Assembly (NCBI GenBank): GCA_963749155.1
Contig: CAVVLO010000007.1
Coordinates: forward strand, 1-62,928
Direction of reading: 5' to 3'
Source: an uncultured Armatimonadia bacterium
GTDB lineage: Bacteria > Armatimonadota > Zipacnadia > CAVVLO01
DNA: 62,928 nucleotides
Under the pieces are notes generated by a model, which saw only the letters and a program-made list of their open reading frames with translations, had not been told where the DNA came from and did not search any database. Below, one piece after another: positions 19,895 through 29,900 of the stretch. A program made the translations under genes and the position numbers. The number at the start of each line of letters is the position of its first letter. Position 1 is the first letter of the stretch.

Positions 19895-21471
19895 CTAAGG
19901 TTTCAGGCCCCATTCTTCAGCCAGGCCTTTCAGCACGAAGAAAGATTGGCGCGGCTTGTTCTCAGTGTCCAGGAAGCCCCCATGCGGGAAGAAATGGCCG
20001 CTTTTGTCCGTGAAATCCCACCAGCTTATGGCGTGGACTGACGAATGACCATAGCAGAGGGTGTAAAACTCGCGTACCCATTCGGCCTGAAGGGCTTCGT
20101 CCCAGGGCCTACGCCAGGTGCCCATACCCTTTACCGCATCCGGGCCGTAAGGGCTCATTGGGTCGGGCTCCATCGAACCTGGCACCGCAAGCTCGGTCAC
20201 GTGAAGTGGCTTCCCAAGCCCTGCGAACCGGTCGATCAACCTGTAGATTTCGAACTGGTCCCGGCTCGGATAGTAGAGCTGCAGGCCGATGACATCGAAG
20301 TCTACCCCCTCCTCGAGCAGTGCCTGACAATACTGATAGGCACTGCAGAGGCGCTCTTGAGGCGCTGGTCCGCCTACATCGTGGCCGCCGGCTACGTATT
20401 CGGCGGTCAGGTAGCAGTTGTTAACGACCAGCAACGCCTCGGGGTCGGCGGCCCTTGCGGCCTCGCACCCGGCCCGGGTGATGTCGCGCAGCTCAGCCAG
20501 TGACAGCCCCAGGCAGTTGGCCCAGCCGTGGGCTTCGTTTATGACATCCCAGATGCGTATCGTGTCCTTGCAGTGGCTTACTCGTCTCGAAAACGTGGTC
20601 ATAGACTTCCCGGCGCAGTCCTGCATATCCTTCGGCCTTGTAAAGCTCGCGCAGCCAGTCGGGCGTGGTGTCGGGATAAAACCAGATAAGCGGATGCCCC
20701 TTGGCTTCAGCGCCGTTAGCCTTCAGCCAGCCAGCCTCGGTAAGAGGTCTCTCATACTGCGGATTGCCGCGCTCTGGCTCGAAGCCCTTCAGGTAGAAAG
20801 GTACTGTCCCATAATTCAGCGCCTGCAGATACTGCCTGGCGTAGTCGTCCTCTGGGGTCGTGTAGTGAAAGGCGTTGGCGCCCAGGCGGAAAGGCTTGCC
20901 CGGATGGGCCGCGATGCGATGGCGGGAGACCTCTTGCACGGCGTCTTCGGCCGCGCGCATCAGAATCGAGAGCGCCTCCCAGCCGGCCTTCGAGCGGTGC
21001 GGCATATCGCCGCTCTCCGCCTCGCGCAAGAGACGTCTGGCCTCTTCAACGCGCTCCATCAGTCCGGCTGAATAGTGGCAGCCTTCCTCTGCGCCTTCGG
21101 CCATCAGGTGCTGCAAAGCGGCAAGCCTGGTCGTGGCGAGTTCCCACTCGACCAGCAGCTCATCGCCGGCCTTGTAACCGCGCCCTTTGCCATCCAGCGG
21201 CAGTCGAACCGCGTAATGCCCTGCCCGGCGTCTCGATATCCCACTCTACCAGGAAGGCGCACGGGCTCTCTGAGGGCTCACAGGTCCTTCGCCAGTCCTC
21301 TGTCCCTCTGAATTCGCAGGCAAAGGGGTTGTAGTCCAGGTCCATCGCATAGAGGGCCGCCTGGCCAAAGGTCGCTCTCAAAGAGCCCTCCCTGTCCAGC
21401 GAAACCAGTATGATGGGCGAGGCCATAACCATCCCTCCAACAAGCAGCAGAGCCAGGGCGAGCAGTCTCAT
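19895..21471 (-). CDS. Secreted GH10-like (endo-xylanase family) glycoside hydrolase; two +1 frameshifts (about 21220, 20580)
   Basis: Signal peptide; KGHPLIW, WDVINEAH (acid/base), DVIGLQ, LHVTEL (nucleophile), SWWDF; AGGAGG RBS. Confidence 0.8.
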
Positions 21472-21480
21472 CGCAGCCTC

Positions 21481-23640
21481 CTACCAGCCCAGGAAGATGT
21501 ACCGCGGCCTGGCGGTGTTCTGGTATTTCAGCAGGTACGTCTTTGTAGCGGCATCCCATTCCATCACATCGGGCGCCTTGCCTCCAGAGACGAGAATCCG
21601 TTTTGGCTCCCTGGGAAGCATCACGCGCGTGGCCGCCTGGGTGTTGGTTGGGCCTTCGGAGACGAACTCGAGATAACCCTTCCCCGCCCTCTCGCGGCTG
21701 ATATGGGAAGCTGAAGCCAGCACCTGGGTGCCCTTGGAGGGCAGCTTGCCCAGGTCCAGCAGCCAGTGGCGCGTGTTCGGCTCCAGCGTAACCTCGCGCT
21801 TCACTTCGAGGGTAGGCGAGAAGAGGTCCACCAGCTTGCCTTTCACGACTTTGGCGGGCGCGTCAACACTCTCGTCAAGTCCCGCGGCAACCAGATAGGG
21901 GCCGCGCCGAAGGGCAACGTAGTTGGCTTCTTGCCACTTGAGGCCGGCCTTCGCCGCTGCCTGGCGGGCGACTTCGATCACTGCCTCATCGCCGGTCTTC
22001 TCGTAAGTCAGCCGAGAGGGGCTTTCGGCCCGGTAAAGTACCCAGCCCTTCCCCACTTTATAGTCACCCACAGCAGGCGTCCGGCCCAGGCCCAGCGTCT
22101 CGAAGAGGTGCTCCGCTGGCCCTTTGTAGTCCTTCTCATCGGAGTTCCACCATTCGGTCACAGCGTTATAAGGGTCTTGCTGGTCGTCCACGAAGACCAG
22201 CACGCCACCGGCCTTTACCCAGGCGGCAAGCGCTTCGTGGTAAACAGGTTCCATCGGCTTCTGCCCTTCGTAGGTGTGAAGGATTACCTTGAAGGGCTTG
22301 AGATAATCCTTCACTGTCACATTCTCGAGTTGGACTGGCTCGATGGCGATACCGCGCTTGAACAGAGGCAGGCAGAGGCCATAGAAATTGCCAAGTCGCC
22401 CATCACTGCCGTCCGGGTCGCCTCGCTGGAACATCAGGCTGTCCGAGACCATCACTCCGAAACCTGGCACGCCCCCCAGCCACTCGTTCTCGGGCCAGTC
22501 CATATCGCGCAGATGGTTGAAACAGGTCAGGAGTTCGGTCGCGTACTCCTGGGGTATCTCCACCTGCGGAGAATCAGGCTGGTCGGTCAGGTTATGCGCG
22601 CCCCGGAAGACCCGATGAGGCCAGGGCGCGACCTCGTAATGGGCGGTGTCGGGCCAAAGCAGCGAGGCGACCAGCGTGCACTCATAGTTGCGCTTGTAAT
22701 CCTCCCAGCTATGATTCGGATTGTCCTCAATCGGGTCGTGCAGGAACCAGACGCGCCTGCCGGTTGCGCGGACCAGGTTCTGGGCCGCTCCATATTCGAA
22801 AAAGGCGGTCTCGAAAGTGCGTTCTTTCGCCACGTTGCGGTAAGTGTTGGGCGTGCGCGCGGTGCCTGTCCATACCTGAGCAATGTAGCCATCACAGCCG
22901 TTCAGCAGCACCAAACTGGACTCGGGGCTGACGATACGCCAGGAGGCGTAATTTATCAGGCTGTGGGTCGGCACATAACACTTCACATCGCGGCCGATCT
23001 CCTTACTGTAGTCCACGATGAAATCGAATACCTGCCCCAGCGCCCGCCGATACAGGTAATACTTGAGTTTGCTGGCGCGATACTGGGCATCGGGCGAGCT
23101 GTGAGGGGCAATCCAGGCCTCCCCGTAATAATCCTGCCACTCGCGCTTGAAGCCTTCGCTGTAGCCCGAATGCACCCAGAACTCCGGCTCTTCGAGATGG
23201 ACAGCCTGAGCGCCCGCGTCAATTGCGCGTTTGACCCCTACCGAAAGAAACTTGCCGAAGTTGATACCGGGGCACATATAGTAGACATCGCCGCCATGGC
23301 TGACCTTGTTGCCGTTGCGGTCAGTCTGGGCTTCATCTTCGTGATTTACGCCATCGAAGCGTCCGTAGAGATAATCCTGATACTGACCCCAGGACACCCC
23401 TGTCATCAGCTGGGTGATATAGCCTTCTCGCTGCCACGATTCGATGCGCTCGGGACTGCCGGCATCGATGCCATAGGGGATGGCCACATCGGTCTTCAGG
23501 TCAATAAAATCGGCGTAGCCCATACCGCTCTGAAAGCAGGTGCGTTCCTGGGCCGGATCGGACGGTCTCATCGCCATCGCGCCTCCCATAACCAGTACAA
23601 GAATCAGGCACGCAAGCGCGCCGGGGATAAGGGCCTTCAT
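21481..23640 (-). CDS. Secreted hypothetical protein, probable TIM-barrel glycosidase with a GAT-like trimerisation-type domain
   Basis: Intact 719 aa; signal peptide; HLEEPEFW, GYSEGFKREW, AQVWTGT, DPIED; WVKAGGVLVF and VGKG in the C-terminal half; AGGAGG RBS. Confidence 0.7.
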   Translation of the reverse strand: MKALIPGALACLILVLVMGGAMAMRPSDPAQERTCFQSGMGYADFIDLKTDVAIPYGIDAGSPERIESWQREGYITQLMTGVSWGQYQDYLYGRFDGVNHEDEAQTDRNGNKVSHGGDVYYMCPGINFGKFLSVGVKRAIDAGAQAVHLEEPEFWVHSGYSEGFKREWQDYYGEAWIAPHSSPDAQYRASKLKYYLYRRALGQVFDFIVDYSKEIGRDVKCYVPTHSLINYASWRIVSPESSLVLLNGCDGYIAQVWTGTARTPNTYRNVAKERTFETAFFEYGAAQNLVRATGRRVWFLHDPIEDNPNHSWEDYKRNYECTLVASLLWPDTAHYEVAPWPHRVFRGAHNLTDQPDSPQVEIPQEYATELLTCFNHLRDMDWPENEWLGGVPGFGVMVSDSLMFQRGDPDGSDGRLGNFYGLCLPLFKRGIAIEPVQLENVTVKDYLKPFKVILHTYEGQKPMEPVYHEALAAWVKAGGVLVFVDDQQDPYNAVTEWWNSDEKDYKGPAEHLFETLGLGRTPAVGDYKVGKGWVLYRAESPSRLTYEKTGDEAVIEVARQAAAKAGLKWQEANYVALRRGPYLVAAGLDESVDAPAKVVKGKLVDLFSPTLEVKREVTLEPNTRHWLLDLGKLPSKGTQVLASASHISRERAGKGYLEFVSEGPTNTQAATRVMLPREPKRILVSGGKAPDVMEWDAATKTYLLKYQNTARPRYIFLGW

Positions 23641-23693
23641 CTGAGGGCCTCCCTTTAGCTAGGCTGTATGGGGTTTCGACACTGCAGCGCGTT

Positions 23694-25674
23694 CTACTTC
23701 AAGATTTTGGTTTTGATTGTTGTGGGAAGTCCGGTTATATAGACCGGCAGGGGACCGAAGTCCACCTTGGTTGCCGCGCCAAGCAGGCCTCCGACAGGAT
23801 TGCCGTAAAGGTCCAGCACCTGAGCTTTGGGGCAGGCCATCGGCAAGCTGAAAGCGGTGCCCTCAGGGCCCCAGGTAATCAGCACCAGGCCGCGTCCGCT
23901 GTCGTAGAGATGCGCATAGGCGCCCTGGCACTGTGGGCAGCGCGCCCAGATAGGTCGCCTTGCCGAGGGTCTCGAGCAGCGCGGCGATTGTGCCGTAAGC
24001 AGGCTCGGGCGAATAATCAGGATTGACCACGCAGCTCCAGCGCTCGCCGGGGCCAGCCGGAGGCGCCCAGGCGGTGTGGAAAACAGCAGCTACCCCGTTT
24101 GCGAGCGCAAGCGAGGAGAGCTTGACCGCATCGGCCGCGTATTTCCACTGAGCCGCTTCATAACTGCCAGTCTCATCCGGCGTCATTGAGGTATAAGCAC
24201 TTGTCAGCCAGATCTTCGCGGTCTTGGGCAGCGCGGCTTTCCAGCCGGCGAGCCAGGCTGGGAAGTCCTCTGGAGTGCCTGTATAGCTCAGGCTGTAGCC
24301 TGTCACTGACTTGTCCAGGCCTGATTCTAGCGCGGCCTGGCGAAGCTCGATACGGTTGTGCTCCAGATCGCTCGTAAGCAAAGGCCTTGTCGAGACGCCT
24401 GGTCTGAAGGTTGAAGAGGCCACTTTGGCAAGTGAGGCGTAGCTCATTCCATCAAGGCCTGCCTCGTCCGCCTCCACCAGACCGAAAAGCTGCCAGCTTT
24501 CTACCTCGTTGCCAGCCGCTTTATATGCCTCACCGAAAAGTTTCTCGAGTTTGGTCCTCAGTTCCTGGCCGGAAAGCCCCTCTGGGAAGCCCCGTAAAGA
24601 CTTCAGCACCTGCAAGCCTGCCACTCGCTGGGTCTCGAGCAAGGCCTTCTGGGAGGTCAGGTAGGCATCGCCTTCGCTGGCCAGTCTGCCCAGGTCGAAG
24701 CTGTCGCGGATATAGCCCACTCCGGCCATCCTCAGCACGTAGCAGGCATTGGAAAGGTCACTCTCATCCGAGAGCCACGCCAGGTCTGCGTCCAGCCGGA
24801 CAGGCACGTCCTGTACATAATGCCGGTGGTCGGGGCGCGGCACGAAAGAATAACCGGCGATGCCTTCCAAATCGGGGATACCGCTGCCCGAAGCCTTCCA
24901 GTGCAGAGTGTAGACGCCAAGTTTGACGGGATCGAACTTGAAATTGACTTCGCGCGTCTCGTTGTATTCGACAAAGGGGTATTCGCCTTTATCAAGTATC
25001 TCGCCGTTCAGGCCATGCCATTCATATTCAAATTTAAGGTTGTAAACATAGTCGGGCAAATCTACCAGGGTTATCTCGCTTTTGATGGGGCGAGGCGCGA
25101 AGAAGACATTTCCCTTGCGCGAGCTGCTGGCGTCCAGGTTGGCCGACCTGGTGAAAACCACATCATCGAAAAGCGCAAGGCCAGAGGGCGAGGCTGCCTC
25201 AGAGCCGCGCACCGCGAGCACTACGCGCGCCGAGTCTGCCTCCTCGGGCAACACGAAAAGCGCCTGTTGATGGCTCCAGCCTGTGATGCCGATGATGCCA
25301 CGGCTGTACTGCTCGGACACGAGCGCGCCTTCAGCATCATAGCAGCGCACCCCAAGCAGCGCGTCGGCGGCGGTGAGGCTGGGCTTCACCCAGGCGTCCA
25401 CAAGGTAAGTATGGCCCCACTCGACGTCTTCCTCGACCAGCAGCTCGATACCCGAAAGTCCAGGCAGGGCTTCGATCGCCAGGGCGCCAGGCTCGGTGTT
25501 GCCCTCTTCGGGGGTGATGGAGACCAGACTTGCCGGGTCGCAGAACCATAGCACGCCGAATTTCTCCACTTCGACCGGATCGAAGCCGAAGCTCGCGGCT
25601 GGCGCGGCCGCGGAATAAACCAAACCAGCCAGCCCAAGCAGAAGGGCCAGCACTCCAATCAGAGAATTCCTCAT
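23694..25674 (-). CDS. Secreted CBM-like + Ig-like + GH39/GH5-like barrel protein with degenerate catalytic residues; +1 frameshift near 23922
   Basis: Signal peptide; LALFDDVVF jelly-roll; AGVGYIRD, ESWQLFGLVE, KIWLTSA, NPDYSPEPAY; C-terminal PVYITG. Confidence 0.6.
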
Positions 25675-25833
25675 CTGTCACGTTTCCTCTCAGTTCTAAT
25701 CTGGCTGTTTGACACCTGGCCAGGGGACAGGTTGCAGCCGGGGAGATTATACCCTCCCTAAACGGTCTCTGGGGAATCTACTCCTCCCCGCCTGTATCCG
25801 AACCGTTAACTGATGTAACGTGACTTGGCGAGT

Positions 25834-28163
25834 CTAGAGGGCTGGCGCCCTCTTTACAATCATCACTTCCAGTGGTTTCAAAGTAACGATAAGGCCCTGC
25901 GTGGTAGACACGGGAGTCGGCCCGCCGAAGGGGGCAAGAAATTGACCGGCGCGCACCGTTTCCAGGGTAATTGTCCGCTCCTCACTCGAGCCGTTTACTG
26001 CTACATACCAGTTCGTGTCCCGAGAATACTTCCGTCCAGCGAACACCCCCAGCGCGCTGTCAGCCAGCAACAACTCGGTTGGGCCACCGGTGGAGGTAAC
26101 GCCCATCTCCTTAAGCTCGCTGGTGATGCGTTTCATCGCCTCCCACTGCTCGGGATGGCTTTGGACCTCCCAGCTGCCATCCGCGTAGGTGTAATAGATA
26201 AGCCCTTTTACCCCTGCCAGCAAGGCAAGCCAGGTCATAGCGCGCAGTTCCTCTGGGGTGGGCGCTCTGCCCCAGCCACCATATTCCCCAAAGCACTGCA
26301 GGATGCCCCAGACCGAGGTGCCGTAAGGCTCTGCCTCGCGCTGGGCGCGAGAGAGATAATCCCACACCATCAGCACCGAGCTATGCGGGATGGGATAGGG
26401 GTCCGGCGCCGCGATGTCCGTGCCTCGCACATAATCGCCGTAGGTCGCGGGTACGCAGAGCGTCGTGTAAACGGGGTGGTTGGGGTCCAGCCGCTTGAAC
26501 CTGTCGTACCTGGCCTGCATCTCCTTCGGCCCAACACCTTGCCCGTCAGGCTCATCGCCGGGATTCCAGGTCAGGATGGCCGGGTGGTCTTTGTACTTTT
26601 CGATGATGAGGGCCGGGTCGAGTCCAAATTCGACGCCCACCTTCATGCCAAGCTTCTCGGCCTCATCCAGGAAAGCCCCAAAGCTTTCGACCTCGTCAGG
26701 TTTGACGCCCACATGCACCCAGTTGAAGCCCGCAGAAGCACAGTCGCGCAGCATGGCCAGCCTGGCTTCGGCATCGTAGCCCCAGGAGACGTGGTACATC
26801 CCCAGGGGGAAGAACTCTCTGCCCTCGATGTACACGCTGCCCTTCTCATCCAGCCTGACCGTCGGACTGGCCTGCTTGAAGAAGGGCAGACTGCAGTTCG
26901 CCAAGCATGCGCTTGCCGGCCATCAGGCTTAGGTCGACGCTTTGCTCGCCGTTTGGAAGCCCCATCGCTGGGACAGGGCGAGCTGAAATGCGGGAAGGCG
27001 ACCCAAGGGTCGTGGTGCCACTGGCAGTGCCGACATGCAACTGCAGTTCTTCCAGCTTGCAAGTTGCCTCGGGATTTAGTCTCAAGCTCGAGCTGGCCAG
27101 ATCTGGCGGTTGAAAGGGTGATAAAGGTGCGTTTCAGCCTGGCGACAATTGCCGGCGGGATCTCCATCGGTCTGGACCACTGAAGCAAGGTAGCGTCCTT
27201 CTCGTCAGTTACCAGCACGCGCAGCAGCGCCTGGCCGCGTTTGCCGGCGACCGAAGGCAACTCGAGAGTGCGGCTCTCGCCTGGCGCAAGAGTGGCTTCG
27301 ATGCGTTCTTGAGGGGTATATTCGCCCTCCCCCCCTACCCTCGCCTGCGCGATCACAGTGCGAGACACCTCGGCCAGGTTGCGCAGGCCCAGCTTGATGA
27401 CGATTGGCCCAGGCGCAAGCGGAGGCAGCTCGAATTCGGTCAGTTCCAGTCCTCCTCGAGCCGCCAGTGCAGCCAGTTGGAGGTTCTCCAGCAGTCCCTG
27501 CGCCAGTGCTGGCGAGTTGCCTTCGGCGAACCGATAGAAGCTGGTCACGACCAGCAAGCCCTTCCCCACATGCCTCTCCACCATCAGCGGTTTGCCATCC
27601 GCGCAGGTGGCCAGCGTCGTCCAGCCCTGGCTTTGGAGGGGCTCCAGATGCGCCCAGATTCGATCCATCGCCTGCTCCAGGCCAGCTCTCAGGTCCTTTG
27701 GGCAAGTAAGCAGCGAGCCTTCAGCAAATTTTACCTGGCGTGATTCAGGCCCAGGCTTGGTTAGCGCAAGGCACTGGGTGGAGCCAAGCGCGTAGTCGGG
27801 CCCGAAAGTGTTCAGCCAGGAGTCCAGCACGCTGCCATAACTGGCGTCGGTGATGAGCAGCACTCCCCCTGCGGCCAGCCAGTCCAGCCATTGCTTGCGG
27901 AAGGGGGCCATATCCACGGTATGCTCGTAATTGGCAACGCCCGAGGTCACTACGAAATCAAATTCGGCAAGGCGCTCCGACAGCTCGGTCAGCCGGGTGT
28001 TTTCGAAGGCTTCCTGCTGCCATCCAAGCTGAGCCAGAGGCGCGTCCAGCTCGTGCTTGAAGGCGTAATCGCCCCAGGAGCTGTATACGGTTGCGACTTT
28101 CGGCCCGGCGCACCAGGCACATGAAGCCAGCAGCAGCAACAAATAAGGGAACAGGACTTTCAT
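25834..28163 (-). CDS. Secreted GAT-like + Ig-like + TIM-barrel glycoside hydrolase-like protein; two +1 frameshifts (about 27080, 26900)
   Basis: Signal peptide; GREFFPLGMY, AGFN, HPAILTWNPGDEPD, PDPYP, WGILQCF, PTPEELRAMTWLAL, GLIYY; GAGGAGG RBS. Confidence 0.7.
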
Positions 28164-28177
28164 ATGGACCCTCCTCA

Positions 28178-29900
28178 TCAGCGCGGGTCGATTAGGGTGT
28201 TGTCAGCCTCGACAAGGCCGGTGCAGTTCTCGAGGCGAAGCGGGACGAATTGCTCTGGCGTGTCCGGGGCAAGCTCGACAAGGTTATCCCTCAGGGTGAT
28301 GCCGGACAAGCCCGTAAGCACGATGCCATCGCCTTTGGCTTCTTCTATCCGGTTGCCTTCGATGACCAGATTGGCGGGCAGAGGCGCCATCTCGGGGTTG
28401 GCGCTAAAAGCGTGCAGCACGATTGCGCCCGGCCAGACTCTTCTGAACGTATTATTACGCAGCGTAATATCATACGGATAGATAGCCGCGCCCAGGTCTC
28501 GGTCCAGCCAGCGATGCACTCCGTAGGCGCAATCCTCGACCAGGTTGTCCTCGAAAATCGAGTTGGCGTTGGTCAGGCACGCGGTCTTGAGCGAGTTGGT
28601 AAAGGTGCAGCGTTTTACCCAGCTTGGGCCGGGCCGCGCCCAAATCAGACTAGCGCCGGCCGCAGGACTTTGCCCGGCTGTTACCCCTCTGATTGGCTCA
28701 CTTAGCCTGATAATCCGGCGCATATTCCCCGCGAAGGTGACCTCGGTCAGTGTCGCCTCGCCCAGAATCTGTCCGGTTGTGTTGTCCCAGGCAAAAATGC
28801 GCTGGCCGGGCTTCAGGTAGGCATCGAAAAAGAGGATGTCATAGAGATGAACTACAAGCTCGGTCGGTGACCGTACTTCATCGACCAGATAGCCTTCGGC
28901 TGCGATGTTGATGGCATCGTCCCAAAGTCCCTCGAAGTAGCAGTCTTCAACGAAAGGCCCAGTGACATTTTCCTTGCAGTGCAGGCCATCGGACAGCCCC
29001 ACCGTCAACCGGTCGCTGCCAGGCTTGTACATCAGCCGGCAGTGGCGGATAGAGAGTGCCCTCGCAGCCATCCACATGGAAGGTCATATTGGGGCTCATA
29101 TAGACGTCGAGGTGGTCGAGGACGCAGTCCGCGCTGCGCTCCAGGCGGATGCAGGCCACTGCGGCATTGAGGAAAACGCCCTCCTCCGCTCCTGTCCCGC
29201 GTCTTACCAGCGGGCCGCTCACATAGTCTTCACTTGCCCACTGCGGATTGCGGAAGACGAATCTCATACCCGGCTGGATGCGTTCGAGTACCCCCTTCTG
29301 GCCCTCCTGGAGGGTGATCCGGTAAAGGCGCTGGACCGCGTCCACCGCGTCAACGTGGGTCAGATAAGCCCAATCCCAGGTGTACCAGCGCTTTTCAGCC
29401 GCGATGAAGCAGCCGTGGCGATAGGCCGACTGCAATCGCTCCTCGGTTGGCGGCAGGGGATACCCCTCGTGGATACGCACCTCGAAAGCCCCTGCTTCCT
29501 TGTCGAGAGAGACAATATCGCCCTGGGTGCAGGGCAGCGGGTCATAATCCACCTTGAAGTCGCGCAGGACGATGCGCTCTGAGTGGCGCACCAGGAAGGC
29601 CATATTGCGAGGATGGAAGAGCAGCGTTGCCCCTCCTCCCTCGAAGGTTATGTCCTTGGCGCCCTCAAGCACGAAGGCGTAGAAGTCGCCCGTGTACTCG
29701 CCAAGGCGATACGTGCGGGCCTCACATAGCACGCGAGAGGGCTCGTTAGCCGCGCAGGCGGCCGCGAAGGCGGCGCGGAAGGCCGGGCCATCATCGGTAA
29801 CACCGTCGCCAACCGCGCCGAAATCGGCGACGGGGAAGTCTAACGCCCAGGCCGAAGCCGCAAGCAGCAGCAGGACAAGCAGCAGGCAGGCTGCGTTCAT
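28178..29900 (-). CDS. Secreted right-handed parallel beta-helix protein (GH110-like/pectin-lyase fold); +1 frameshift near 29060
   Basis: VADFGAVGDGVTDDGPAF N-cap; VDYDPLPCTQG; DGLHC; CYFEGLWDDAINI resembles GH110; ATGA overlap with the upstream gene. Confidence 0.75.

Noticed and set aside
21766..23658. 630-aa plus-strand ORF
   Set aside because: Antisense shadow of the 719-aa gene, which has the RBS, signal peptide and motifs; expected with high-GC codon bias
25740..25790. Two short GGGGA...TCCCC hairpins
   Set aside because: Stems are about 5 bp with no U-tract or known RNA motif; plausible by chance at this GC content
25825..27183. 452-aa plus-strand ORF
   Set aside because: Antisense to the GH-like barrel gene
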